A stretch of 63,265 bases of DNA, from positions 1 through 63,265 of the IMG/VR virus record IMGVR_UViG_3300009414_000002. One strand, written 5' to 3'. The notes beneath the pieces are model-generated. The model searched no databases and was not told the DNA's origin. It saw nothing but the letters and a program-made list of their open reading frames with translations. Origin of the DNA: a virus (Duplodnaviria > Caudoviricetes). The position numbers and the translations under genes were made by a program. Shown here one piece after another: positions 49,576 to 59,226 of the stretch; the first letter of the stretch is position 1, and every line of letters starts with the position of its first letter.

Positions 49576-50775
49576 TCAATCCAATCCGCGACCACGAAAA
49601 ATCTCGTGGTTCAGCCGTTCTTGCAAATCAGTCCACATTTGGCGAATGCCGCCAATCAGCGTGTCAACCGAACCCGATACCCGGTCTTGCCGTGACGAAA
49701 TCACCGATGCTTGCTTTCCGATGTTCTCTAGTTGCTCCAATATGGTGGACCCACCATCCAAAAATTCAGCGCGACTCTCTTTCGGGTTTGGAAGCTGTGA
49801 AACCAGTTCCTTCGCGGCGTCATACAACTCCTGCACTTCGTTCAAGACCGGATTGGCGATTTTGCTGACTACACGGACGATGGTTGGCTTGTCTTCTGGT
49901 TTTCCCCAAAGGAGGTCTGCCAAAATTTCGAACGATTCAACTTCCAGTTTGCCGTACCCGGACAAGACCGAATGCGCCGCCAGAATTGGTACGGTTTGTC
50001 TCCAACGCCTATCGCTGTACTCCAAACCTTCGTTCTTCAGCGCCTCGCTAATTTCAATCAGCGCGTCTTCAAATTCATCGTTGTCGTTTTCAAGGAACGC
50101 GGCGACTTTCGACCGAAGCTCTTCGAGTGATTTCGATGAAAGCGTGCATTGTGGATTGGGTGCTGGTCCGAACACGATTCGTTTTCTGTCAGCCGGATCT
50201 CCAGCCCACTTCACGTTGAGTCGAACCATGAACCTGTCGTAAATGGCATTCAACGTGTCGTCTTCTGGGAGTTCGTTCGATGCAGTGATCATCGTTTCCA
50301 GCGGAACGTCCTCGACAACCAACCCGTTGTGAAACTTGCGTTCGTTGACCACACATAGGAGCGTATTCAACAATGCGTGATTGCACTTCCACACTTCATC
50401 CAAAAGAACGACCTCGCACGTTGGAAGGTACCCTTCCGTTTTGCGATAAAACTCGTCGTTCATCAGCTTGGTGACGCTGTACGGACCAAGCACTTCATCT
50501 GGCAGCGTTGTTTTGGATACGAGGTACTCGAAATACGTTTTCCCGAGTGCCTTCGCGATTGCCCTCGCAAGCATTGACTTTGCAGTGCCCGGTGGGCCGA
50601 GGATGAAAACGTGCTCTTTTGCCAGAAATGCCGCCATTATTGCGACAATTTCACTGCGCCGGTCCACGAAGTGCTTGTCGAACTCATTTATGAATTCGAT
50701 CACTTCAACTTGGCAATCTTCTGGTTGTTCGCTTTGCTCGGTTCCGTCGATACTGACAATTGTTGCGTCCGTCAT
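49576..50775 (-). CDS. MoxR-family AAA+ ATPase (RavA-like)
   Basis: GPPGTAKS, LDEVWK, LN.LL, ASNELP, YDRF, SDRRW. Confidence 0.9.
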   Translation of the reverse strand: MTDATIVSIDGTEQSEQPEDCQVEVIEFINEFDKHFVDRRSEIVAIMAAFLAKEHVFILGPPGTAKSMLARAIAKALGKTYFEYLVSKTTLPDEVLGPYSVTKLMNDEFYRKTEGYLPTCEVVLLDEVWKCNHALLNTLLCVVNERKFHNGLVVEDVPLETMITASNELPEDDTLNAIYDRFMVRLNVKWAGDPADRKRIVFGPAPNPQCTLSSKSLEELRSKVAAFLENDNDEFEDALIEISEALKNEGLEYSDRRWRQTVPILAAHSVLSGYGKLEVESFEILADLLWGKPEDKPTIVRVVSKIANPVLNEVQELYDAAKELVSQLPNPKESRAEFLDGGSTILEQLENIGKQASVISSRQDRVSGSVDTLIGGIRQMWTDLQERLNHEIFRGRGLD

Positions 50776-50810
50776 GGACTCCTCCTTGTTGCACTTCAAA
50801 TTCCGATGGG

Positions 50811-51116
50811 TCAATCAACTCGCCAGCCCTCATCGAAAAGTTTGTCTGCAGTAACCGGTCTCGACAACGCTGAAACCGCTTCATGCGAGTCCAGCGTTCC
50901 GTAAATGTTTGCTCCTTCCAAAATGCCTAGCTTGAAGCCGCCACCTTGCGTTTTCATGAAATTGGAAACCAAAACAGCGGTGACTGGGAGTTCCAGACCA
51001 CCTTCCGAAACTTTCTTGAGTGGGCAACACGCGATCCCGTTGAATTTGAACTTCCAACGCAATGGATTTTTCATCCACCCAACGTGCCTGTCTTTGTTCG
51101 AAGACAAAATGAACAT
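50811..51116 (-). CDS. Hypothetical protein
   Basis: GGAGG RBS before ATG 51116. Confidence 0.5.
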   Translation of the reverse strand: MFILSSNKDRHVGWMKNPLRWKFKFNGIACCPLKKVSEGGLELPVTAVLVSNFMKTQGGGFKLGILEGANIYGTLDSHEAVSALSRPVTADKLFDEGWRVD

Positions 51117-51223
51117 TGAACCTCCAAAAACGGGATGGGACTGCTCTGAAGCGGCAAAAGTATTAAAAATAACACAACAAAACAGCCCCACCCCTACCGA
51201 CAACAGCGCGAACAACGCTGTAT

Positions 51224-52234
51224 CTAAAACGGTGCCGACGCGAGGTTTCGCTGAACAACATCTATCGGTTGTTCATTCTTCAAAACCTTGCCCAACTCAT
51301 CCATGACACGCTGCGTAGCGTTTACCATGTTTTTTTGTTCGACACCAAGAACGGTTGCCCACATTTTGGACTGATTCATCAGTTCCTCTGCGCGGGTAAT
51401 CCTTTTCTGTAGTGTGGAATCACGCGGGGCATCTACCCACTCTTCGACCTCCTCTTTGAGCTTTCGCAACTTTGTCGCGATGTCCTCTTCTGCCGACTCG
51501 GCAACCCATTCGCGCATCGCTTTTGTGTCAACGATTGGAATGAGGTTTATTCGACCACCGAGTGCGGCAATTGCGCTTCGGAGTGCAATCAAACCGGGAC
51601 CACCGCCCATCCTGACGAACCGTTGACCCCGCTGGACCGGAATCGACCCGAGCGCGATAAGCTCATTCTTGATGAATGTTCCAACCGTTTGAGTCGCGAA
51701 CGTGTCTTCTGCGGTCCTGCGGTCAATCAGTTCCTTGGCGTGTGAAAACACAAAACGTACGCGCTCCAAAAACGACACTTCGTCACCTGTGGACGTTGTT
51801 TCGTTCGAAGTTGGGTCCATGTTGATGCATGCTCTCCCGTTGATGATGGAAACCAAAAGTCTGCCAACCCTGCTATGGGCGTCATTTTCCCGGTCGTACT
51901 CATGCAACGAGTACATCGTGTAAAGCGATGTTTTGTCCGCAACTTCGAGCCGAAGACGCTGCGATTTCGGAAGTGCGTTGACTGCCTCGCTCACACTTCG
52001 TTCTGCCCACGTCAGCTTGCTTGGAGCTTTCGGTATGGCAGATTCGAAATGAGGACAATGGGTGGTCAACTCTTCTTCAAAACGAGCGGCGGTTGGCTCA
52101 ATACCGCGAAGGTTGTACCCAACGAGGTGACCGAGGATCACTAAGTCCTTAACGTCTCCGATGAGCGCGTCAAGTTGACTTTGCGTATCGACAACCGCTG
52201 GGTGTTCACTCTTGCTGGCATTGGACTCTGGCAT
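51224..52234 (-). CDS. Hypothetical protein (possibly DUF6744-like), first gene of the AAA/VWA operon
   Basis: AAGGAGGT RBS before ATG 52234; LG.LV.Y N-terminus, helical C-terminus. Confidence 0.6.
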   Translation of the reverse strand: MPESNASKSEHPAVVDTQSQLDALIGDVKDLVILGHLVGYNLRGIEPTAARFEEELTTHCPHFESAIPKAPSKLTWAERSVSEAVNALPKSQRLRLEVADKTSLYTMYSLHEYDRENDAHSRVGRLLVSIINGRACINMDPTSNETTSTGDEVSFLERVRFVFSHAKELIDRRTAEDTFATQTVGTFIKNELIALGSIPVQRGQRFVRMGGGPGLIALRSAIAALGGRINLIPIVDTKAMREWVAESAEEDIATKLRKLKEEVEEWVDAPRDSTLQKRITRAEELMNQSKMWATVLGVEQKNMVNATQRVMDELGKVLKNEQPIDVVQRNLASAPF

Positions 52235-53353
52235 GAAACACCTCCTTGTTTTCACTGCCCTTGTTCTTTGTCGCCATGCCGGGATTGCCGACACCCCGAT
52301 ATGTTCGCACGGGTGGATAGATAATGCAACCATAAAACAACGTTTATGTGAAAAAAAACAAAATCGTCGTGACGCAAAGCAATTGCATGAGGGTCGCGTT
52401 TTTGTCCATTGGTGCGACCGGGTGGGCGCGTTGCACCCGACGCCGTTGCTTGGACAGTGCTTTAAAGACCGGTTTTTCCTCATGGAATCGCGGTTGTAGA
52501 CTGGGTGGGGTAGGGTTTTGAAAACGCCGGGTTTCTGGTAAAAAGACTCCAGAGGGTCTCCAGCAAGGAATTAGCTGTTTTGTGCCGTTCATTCCCAACC
52601 AAATTCCTACTATTCCTTCTCCATGAGATGGGTTTGTACGACGTTCGATGTGCTTCGGTCGCAGATAATGGATGTTGCTGTGTGCGGCACTCAGGTCATT
52701 TTGGCAATCATGTTAGCGGGGATGAGGAAACTTTTTGGATCTGAAAGCATGAATTCTTTATTCAGCAATGGTTGTTAAAGACTCACACGTAGTGGTCTGA
52801 TCCGTTTAAGCCTCAACGAAGCTTTAACTACGGAGCTACGCTTTGAGGTCTTTTCCAAAGTTTCGAATTCAAGTCCAGTTTCGCGAGTCAGCCTACTCAA
52901 TTGCTAAACTTAACGGCTGCTGAAAGAAATGAATGAAATCTGGGCCGCCGTCCTCTTATTTGTGGCTCGACCTCTTTCTTCGCTGAGCGCTGTTTGGTGA
53001 AGCTTGCTCGAGTGTAATTCGAAAAGGCTGGTTGGAGTCCCAATCTTGCAACACCTGCTGTAAATCAATTCTGTACTGTACTGTTCTGTTCCGCCCGCGG
53101 TCGCTATCGGTGGGGTATCTATACCGTATCGAGGATGAATCTTGGCACGCAGGCGAGATTGGCACGGAGGCGAGACAATTTTACAAATCGGAGGTATAAC
53201 TGGACGACATCATTCGCTGCAGTTTGGCGGTTGGTGGGTCAACGGCGTCTGCGGTACCCCATTCCCCGAAAGCCGTGGTCGTCGTTGATTTTTTGGATCT
53301 TGACTTGGCTGAGTCCAACATGGTACGCTACGAAACGTAGCGTACGAAATTGG

Positions 53354-53596
53354 CTATCGACGGGCGTTTCTTTCGCTTGTCCAATTCGAATGCGCTCTAT
53401 CAATCACAAATTGAACGCTGACATTTTCCGAGTCGCACAAATGGAAAAGGTCGGTCACCAAATCGATGATCAAGTCCACCGCGGTTGGGGATTTCTGGGG
53501 CCTCGTTTGCGATTTGCTGTATGCCCTTAATATCTTCGATGCCGTTCGGGACACGGCTTTCACCGCACCAGTCAACTCCATGTTGGGTCGCTCCAT
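53354..53596 (-). CDS. Small hypothetical protein (DL.TDL.HL motif)
   Basis: GGAGG RBS. Confidence 0.55.
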   Translation of the reverse strand: MERPNMELTGAVKAVSRTASKILRAYSKSQTRPQKSPTAVDLIIDLVTDLFHLCDSENVSVQFVIDRAHSNWTSERNARR

Positions 53597-53748
53597 TTTC
53601 CATTCACCTCCGGTTGTGCCCGCGAAGGGCGTTCATTTACATGAGCAGCGTTTCAAATTGACCGTTGCTCGCATTGTTCGTTGTTTTGCGTCGAATGGTA
53701 TTCGGTTGAACGCGAAATCGCGAGCAACGCAAAATGCTTGTGCCGGTT

Positions 53749-54162
53749 TTAGTCATCATCGGTTGTTTGTTGTTGCGCTTCCGTTGCGATGGCTGCGTAC
53801 ACGTTGATGAGGTCTTTCGTTGCGAATGCGAAAGCGAATATCGCGGCCCAGAATGATTGCAACAAAATGCCGCAACCAACTGCGAACGCGAGTGGAATTA
53901 ACAACGGTGTCAACAGCGGCCAATTGACGAAATACCGCGGTGCTGTGACGTATTGCGTCTCCGTTGGTTCGTTGGACTCACCGGAAAAACATTCCCGAAG
54001 CAAACTGGTTGCCCGTTCATTGCCATCTGACGCCAACGCCCGAAGCACCATGAATTGGGCTTCTGTCGGGTATTTGCCCTCGGAAATTCTTCGTTCCGCA
54101 TAGGCAACGACACCGGACAACTGCTTCGGCACTCGTTGCGAATGTTTCTTTCTTTTACCCAT
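53749..54162 (-). CDS. Membrane protein (2 TM)
   Basis: Hydrophobic C-terminal helices; AGGTGG RBS. Confidence 0.5.
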   Translation of the reverse strand: MGKRKKHSQRVPKQLSGVVAYAERRISEGKYPTEAQFMVLRALASDGNERATSLLRECFSGESNEPTETQYVTAPRYFVNWPLLTPLLIPLAFAVGCGILLQSFWAAIFAFAFATKDLINVYAAIATEAQQQTTDDD

Positions 54163-54397
54163 TGTAAACCACCTTTGGCGTGCTCCGCATTTGTCGGCAC
54201 GTTGCCCGTCCATTGTAAAAAACGGACAAACGCCGTGCTCGGCAAATGCGTTGCAGCCATTCCGTATCAATCCCCCGTTTTTCGGTCCAAATCGCCGCGT
54301 GGAGTGTTGTCCACGGTGACGAGCTTGGACACCCAGAATTTATCGCAAACGGAACACGAGCACTTGTACACATGGCGCTCGCTAACGTTACGCGGAC

Positions 54398-54634
54398 TCA
54401 AAACAATCGGACGATGAATGCACTGCACAATATGTCTCCCTCATGGATGCCCGATGGCAGCCAATGCAATGGAATGTCGACTTGCCGCTCCCCGTCCAAT
54501 ACAACCGCCCAGTCGCCCTCGATCCGGTCAACGTGGTTGTGCTGATGGGCGGGAACATCACTATGATGCCCCGGTGGGACGTAGTGCGGTATTGTGTTTC
54601 CCAAAAGCGCCGCCAACAAAATAAGCGTGTTCAT
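54398..54634 (-). CDS. Secreted DUF3006-like protein
   Basis: Signal-like N-terminus; VDRIEGDWAVV...IP...LP....EGDIL. Confidence 0.6.
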   Translation of the reverse strand: MNTLILLAALLGNTIPHYVPPGHHSDVPAHQHNHVDRIEGDWAVVLDGERQVDIPLHWLPSGIHEGDILCSAFIVRLF

Positions 54635-54801
54635 GCCGTCACCTCTTGGAACTGACGGTTGAAACGCTCCTTCAATTGCTGAACACTCGGCTCGAGTTCC
54701 GCTTCCGTTTTGGATGCTTCACGGATCTCTCGTGCCTCTTTGGTTTCGATTGGCTTGCCATCGCGCTTGATGACCACGCCTCGTCGTCGGATAACTGTCA
54801 T
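54631..54801 (-). CDS. Small hypothetical protein
   Basis: AGGAGG RBS. Confidence 0.5.
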   Translation of the reverse strand: MTVIRRRGVVIKRDGKPIETKEAREIREASKTEAELEPSVQQLKERFNRQFQEVTA

Positions 54802-54892
54802 TGCAAAAACCTCCTGCCGGTTCCCAAAAACCGGCTCAATTTGTCGAACCCGACCCCCTTGTGGGGGCCGACGCATTGGGCCTAATCGACAA

Positions 54893-55660
54893 TCACCGCG
54901 TAGCGTAATTGCAATCCGCGCATTGCATACGCTCCTCTTGACTTGCCGCGTGGGTATCAGCGGGACTTCCGCATGAACACAACGCAACCGGCTCGATACC
55001 CGCACACTTGTCGCACGCAAGCTCTTCGGGGGGAACGTCACCGCATTCGTCTGGCGTCATTTCCCGCTTGCATTCGGTGCAGCGGTACATTTGACGTTTT
55101 ACTTCCAAAACCCGTTGTCCCAAATCCCCGTCGTCCCGCAACGCGGAAGCACCGTCAAACCCATATTTGCTCGCATGGCCCGCTGTGGCAATTTCCGTGA
55201 CCAAGTTCTGCAAATAATTGAGATTGTCAATTTTCCGTGTTTTCCCGCTCGGACGAACGGGGCCACGAGTCATCGCAAATGCGAAAATCGATTCCGCTTC
55301 ATCGTCGTCGCGGGGCGAAATTGCTTGTTGGATCAAAGAAATTCTTTCCAAATCCGGTTCCGTGCGGGGCTTCACGCCGGTAAGGTGGCTGTACGGTGAC
55401 GTGACGTGCCGAACTGTAATTTTGGCAAACCATCCCATCTTGATTGGCGTGCCGTCACCGTAGGTTTTGTGTGCGATTCGTTTGAAGGTAATGTCATCAG
55501 CCGGCCAAACACATTCGCGGTCAAAGCACTGCTCGAACACGTTGTCGGGTGTGCGCTCGAAACCGTACCAATGATCGCGATTATCGCGATTTCTCCGATG
55601 GTGTGCAAACAGCGCGTACGTTTTTGCGCTGATTGTAAATTCCATTTCAATCGTCTTCAC
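54893..55660 (-). CDS. Hypothetical protein with C-terminal Cys-rich zinc fingers
   Basis: AGGAGGT RBS before GTG; CTEC, CDKC, CSCG, CADC. Confidence 0.6.
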   Translation of the reverse strand: MKTIEMEFTISAKTYALFAHHRRNRDNRDHWYGFERTPDNVFEQCFDRECVWPADDITFKRIAHKTYGDGTPIKMGWFAKITVRHVTSPYSHLTGVKPRTEPDLERISLIQQAISPRDDDEAESIFAFAMTRGPVRPSGKTRKIDNLNYLQNLVTEIATAGHASKYGFDGASALRDDGDLGQRVLEVKRQMYRCTECKREMTPDECGDVPPEELACDKCAGIEPVALCSCGSPADTHAASQEERMQCADCNYATR

Positions 55661-55682
55661 GGGACACCTCCTGTTGTCGTTG

Positions 55683-56471
55683 TTAAAATTCGTCCTTCCG
55701 GTTTGTTTGCCAAAAATCATCTCGAACGCGAAACCCGTGCAAAGATGCTGCGGGCGTGTTGCGCTCTTCCGAATCACGAAACGAATATTGATCTTGCGGA
55801 ATACCCCATGAAGGGCTTCTCAATTCATGGAACATGGCGCGCTCTTCCGGTGTCAGATAACCGCAAAAAGGACTCTTGTACCGGAGCGGCTCTGGCGATT
55901 CCGCGTCCACACGATTCTCCCACCGCGAAAAAATGAATTCTCTCAAATCGGGGTTTGCGGCTTTGTTGGCCCGGTCGATGATTTTTTTCATCGCGGGGTC
56001 GGTGGTTGTCTTTAGCGGGGGTGTGTTCGGGGTGAGCGCTGCTTGCAACGTGTACATCATCCAATCTTGGATGTCCGTTATCGCGTCAGCCCATCCGTTC
56101 GGGGATGGATACACGGCTATATGCCGCGCAAATTCGCCACCCTGTTGCGTCACGTACCATTTGGTGGACTTCAAATACAGCATATCCCGGGGTTTGGGCT
56201 CGTCGAATCCCCACACCACGAATTTGCTGATACCGCCGTCCAAACTGAAGTCCGGACCAAACGACCACACACGGAAGCACAACCGATTGGTGTGAACGAG
56301 CCGCTCGGTGCCGTCCACATCGACCGGCTCGATTGCTTCGACCCACGTTCCCAATTCAGTGTTGTAATGATTGATGTCCCAATGGTCTTCTGAAACAACG
56401 GTCCCCGAAGGGGCGTTGCGTCGGAACCGCGAGCACGGAACCGGTAATCGCGAATAAGCTTGCGTTTTCAT
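55683..56471 (-). CDS. Hypothetical protein, paralogue of 56498..57079
   Basis: GGAG RBS; shared motifs with the upstream gene. Confidence 0.6.
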   Translation of the reverse strand: MKTQAYSRLPVPCSRFRRNAPSGTVVSEDHWDINHYNTELGTWVEAIEPVDVDGTERLVHTNRLCFRVWSFGPDFSLDGGISKFVVWGFDEPKPRDMLYLKSTKWYVTQQGGEFARHIAVYPSPNGWADAITDIQDWMMYTLQAALTPNTPPLKTTTDPAMKKIIDRANKAANPDLREFIFSRWENRVDAESPEPLRYKSPFCGYLTPEERAMFHELRSPSWGIPQDQYSFRDSEERNTPAASLHGFRVRDDFWQTNRKDEF

Positions 56472-56497
56472 TGCTGACTCCATTTTGTCGAATCGTT

Positions 56498-57079
56498 TCA
56501 CTTGGACCATTGTGTGTTTTTGAAAATTTCCGACATCGCACGCTCTATCGGTGCGTCGTCGCGGCCCTCTTCGCACAATTCCATCCCCCATCGCTCTTGG
56601 TAAAATCCAGCGTCCGCGAGCAGCTCTTCGGTCATGTTGCGTTCGACGTACTGTTTGAATGTCAGCGGCCCGTTGGCCGACCCGTAGATAGCCGCGTGCA
56701 ATGCCCCGTATATCCAATGCTGGATTTCCAACATCGCATCGTCCAAGTCCGAATAACGCGCCACATGGACCGGCTCACAACGACCCGACTCGTCGGGTGG
56801 GAAGTTCGTTTGATCGGTGACGACCCACGCTTCTCCATCGTTCCAAACGGCCATAACGCTGAACCCACCGTCCACGGAAGCACCCGGTGTGTTGGTGTCG
56901 GTAATGACTCGCGTCGAAAACCGAAACACTTCGATGGGCGCGTCATTGGTTTCTGGTCCACGGATTGTCTCTGTGGACCAATAGCCAATTTTTGTGCGCC
57001 ATATCTCTTGCGTCCGGTCGTGGTCTGCGAAATTTTCGGTGTTGGCGAACTTCGTGTGAAATTGCTGGATTTCGTACAT
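56498..57079 (-). CDS. Hypothetical protein, paralogue of 55683..56471
   Basis: AAGGAG RBS; shared motifs. Confidence 0.65.
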   Translation of the reverse strand: MYEIQQFHTKFANTENFADHDRTQEIWRTKIGYWSTETIRGPETNDAPIEVFRFSTRVITDTNTPGASVDGGFSVMAVWNDGEAWVVTDQTNFPPDESGRCEPVHVARYSDLDDAMLEIQHWIYGALHAAIYGSANGPLTFKQYVERNMTEELLADAGFYQERWGMELCEEGRDDAPIERAMSEIFKNTQWSK

Positions 57080-57318
57080 TGTGAAACTCCTTTGGATGCG
57101 GCCCGATTCAAAAACTGGGGAACCAACGTGGTGTGCCCCATGTCAACAATAATACCATATCCACGCAGTACTATCCACATAAATGTGAACGGGTGGTAGA
57201 TATATGGAACGGGCAATCTGTTCGATTATGAAAACCCATTCCCCCCCATGCTGTGGACCCACCGTGACTGGATACCCACTGATACTGGGCACCCTTGGTT
57301 TTTGAAGGGTCCGGGTTT

Positions 57319-57624
57319 TTACAAAACGGCTGCTGCTCGGACCGCGAGCGTGACCCACGACAACAACAACTCGTCACTGTTGATCCGCGCCGCATGAAGC
57401 GTTCGTGCCACGCTCTTCAAAATCGTGGCCTCCTTGGACCAACCACCACGGGCAAGCGCAATTTCGGATGCAAACGCTTGCTTCTCCGCGTTGAGATAAT
57501 CACCGGGACGACGCGCAAGCGCATAACGCAACGACATCGCATAGCCGTCATGGCCGACGTGAAACAACGCTTTGGTACCTGCCATCAAAGCAAGCTGGCA
57601 CAACTGGTCTCTGTTCTCTAACAT
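57319..57624 (-). CDS. Hypothetical protein
   Basis: AAGGAG RBS. Confidence 0.55.
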   Translation of the reverse strand: MLENRDQLCQLALMAGTKALFHVGHDGYAMSLRYALARRPGDYLNAEKQAFASEIALARGGWSKEATILKSVARTLHAARINSDELLLSWVTLAVRAAAVL

Positions 57625-57748
57625 CGCGAACTCCTTCTTGTTTTCTGGGGCAGGCTCGAAATCGAGCCTACTACCTACTTATATATATAAACACTGTCGC
57701 TGGACTGTGCTCACGCGAGATTTCCGTGAAGAAATCCGAAAATCGGAC

Positions 57749-57764
57749 TGGCACGACGCTTGCA
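57749..57764 (+). promoter_or_regulatory. Sigma54 (-24/-12) consensus site
   Basis: TGGCACG-ACGC-TTGCA. Confidence 0.55.
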
Positions 57765-57768
57765 TGTC

Positions 57769-57852
57769 GGACATCCGTTCACCGGTGATCAAATGTTCAC
57801 CACTGAACAACTGTTCACCGGTGATCAAATGTTCAACACTGAACAACCGTTC
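57769..57852. repeat. Tandem array with 18-bp period (36-bp unit x2), palindromic operator-like boxes
   Basis: GTTCACCGGTGATCAAATGTTCA(C/A)CACTGAACAAC repeated. Confidence 0.85.
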
Positions 57853-57986
57853 CGTGCTAATTATTTTCGCATTTGGCACAATTCTTGAACCATGCAATCC
57901 CCATGCCATAACTCGGTTTCGAAAAATGGCGTAAGTGTCCGATCCCGGCGATTGTCATCGAGACAATCGCACGGGGCCGGAACGTG

Positions 57987-58014
57987 AAAAACCCCGGGGT
58001 GTCAACCCCGGGGT
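57987..58014 (-). terminator. Intrinsic terminator
   Basis: ACCCCGGGG-TTGACA-CCCCGGGGT-TTTT on the minus strand. Confidence 0.55.
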
Positions 58015-58022
58015 GTTGTGGT

Positions 58023-58085
58023 TTACACAAATGCGGAAATTGCGATAACCGCACAAATCGAAATTGCGTATATGGTCAATGCCAT
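58023..58085 (-). CDS. Possible 20-aa hydrophobic peptide MALTIYAISICAVIAISAFV
   Basis: Short ORF directly before the terminator, within the AG-free island. Confidence 0.3.
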   Translation of the reverse strand: MALTIYAISICAVIAISAFV

Positions 58086-58210
58086 TGTTTTACCCGTTGT
58101 TCATTGTTGTTGCCGGTGCCGGATCCGGGCAACCCCGGAAACCCACGGTTATTACCCGTGGCGATTATCCCGGGGTGTGAACCCCGGGACAATCCGCACA
58201 ATCCCGACCG

Positions 58211-58726
58211 TTATGATTTCCGGCCCACGTTACGCGTGCATGAAACCATTCGAACCGTTGCGTGCAACGTGCCGGATTTTTTGTCGCCGGTACGTTCAAT
58301 CGCGTACGTGCGATCGGCCGTGTCGGACGCGGTCAAAACCCGTGCCGTGACGGCAAATTCGCGGATAACGGAATCGATCATGGATACGATTTTATCGATG
58401 TCCAAATCCCGCGCATCATATCCGGCGTTGGCCATTGCCGTCGTCGCATAATCCACGTTCACACCGTTTTCGCCGAACGCCAACGTTGTGATAATTTCCC
58501 GTTTGCCCGGTCGCGCCATTCGCGCCGCACGTTCCGCGGCACGTTGGGATTTCAATGCAATCCCGGTTGCGGCCGCCAATGGTGCCAACGCGGCACGTAA
58601 CACGTCCAATTGTTCGCCCGTCATATCACCGATCGTTGCGGGATCCAACGTGGACAAATCCACGGGGGCCGCGGTATCGGTCGTTTCAACAACGGGGGAA
58701 TTTTTGCGGTTTTTCGTTTTTGACAT
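58211..58726 (-). CDS. Hypothetical early protein encoded without AG/CT dinucleotides
   Basis: 171-aa ORF with natural composition; SD-like GGA elements only. Confidence 0.6.
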   Translation of the reverse strand: MSKTKNRKNSPVVETTDTAAPVDLSTLDPATIGDMTGEQLDVLRAALAPLAAATGIALKSQRAAERAARMARPGKREIITTLAFGENGVNVDYATTAMANAGYDARDLDIDKIVSMIDSVIREFAVTARVLTASDTADRTYAIERTGDKKSGTLHATVRMVSCTRNVGRKS

Positions 58727-59210
58727 TGTTCCAAATCCAATCCCGGTTGCCCGGGCGTTATCGTTTCATCCCGTCCCCGGGAATCATCGGGCCGTTTCAA
58801 TCCCGGGAAATTCCCGGGGTTGTGGAACCGGCGACGATTGGAACAACGGATATTGTTTCCAACCCCCGGATAACCGGTGATTGGGTCCATATTGTCAATG
58901 TCCGGCCGGGGGCCGTCCCCCGTCGATACGGGGGCATGTGTTAAACGTACACGATTGAACCATTATTCACAACGTTATTGTACCTCTATGATATCATTGG
59001 CGTTTTTTGGTGCCGTTGTTCGTGTTTGTGTTAACGGTCCGCAACCCCGCGTTATCGTTGGGGTTTTTTTTCGAAACCGCGGCCCGTAACGGGTCCGGGG
59101 ACACCGGCACCGGTCGCACCGTAACCACAAACGGCGCAACCCCGTGTTATCGTTGGGGAAAAAAAACGACATCGGCCGAAAATAAACCGAATACGGTACC
59201 GATACGGTAT

Positions 59211-59226
59211 TGGCACGGCATTTGCA
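59211..59226 (+). promoter_or_regulatory. Sigma54 (-24/-12) consensus site
   Basis: TGGCACG-GCAT-TTGCA. Confidence 0.55.

Noticed and set aside
57160-57180. DnaA-box-like TATCCAC pair
   Set aside because: Imperfect matches, only two copies; more likely promoter sequence.
57769-57852. 36-bp repeat as a mini CRISPR array
   Set aside because: Copies are directly adjacent with no spacers, and no cas operon is present.
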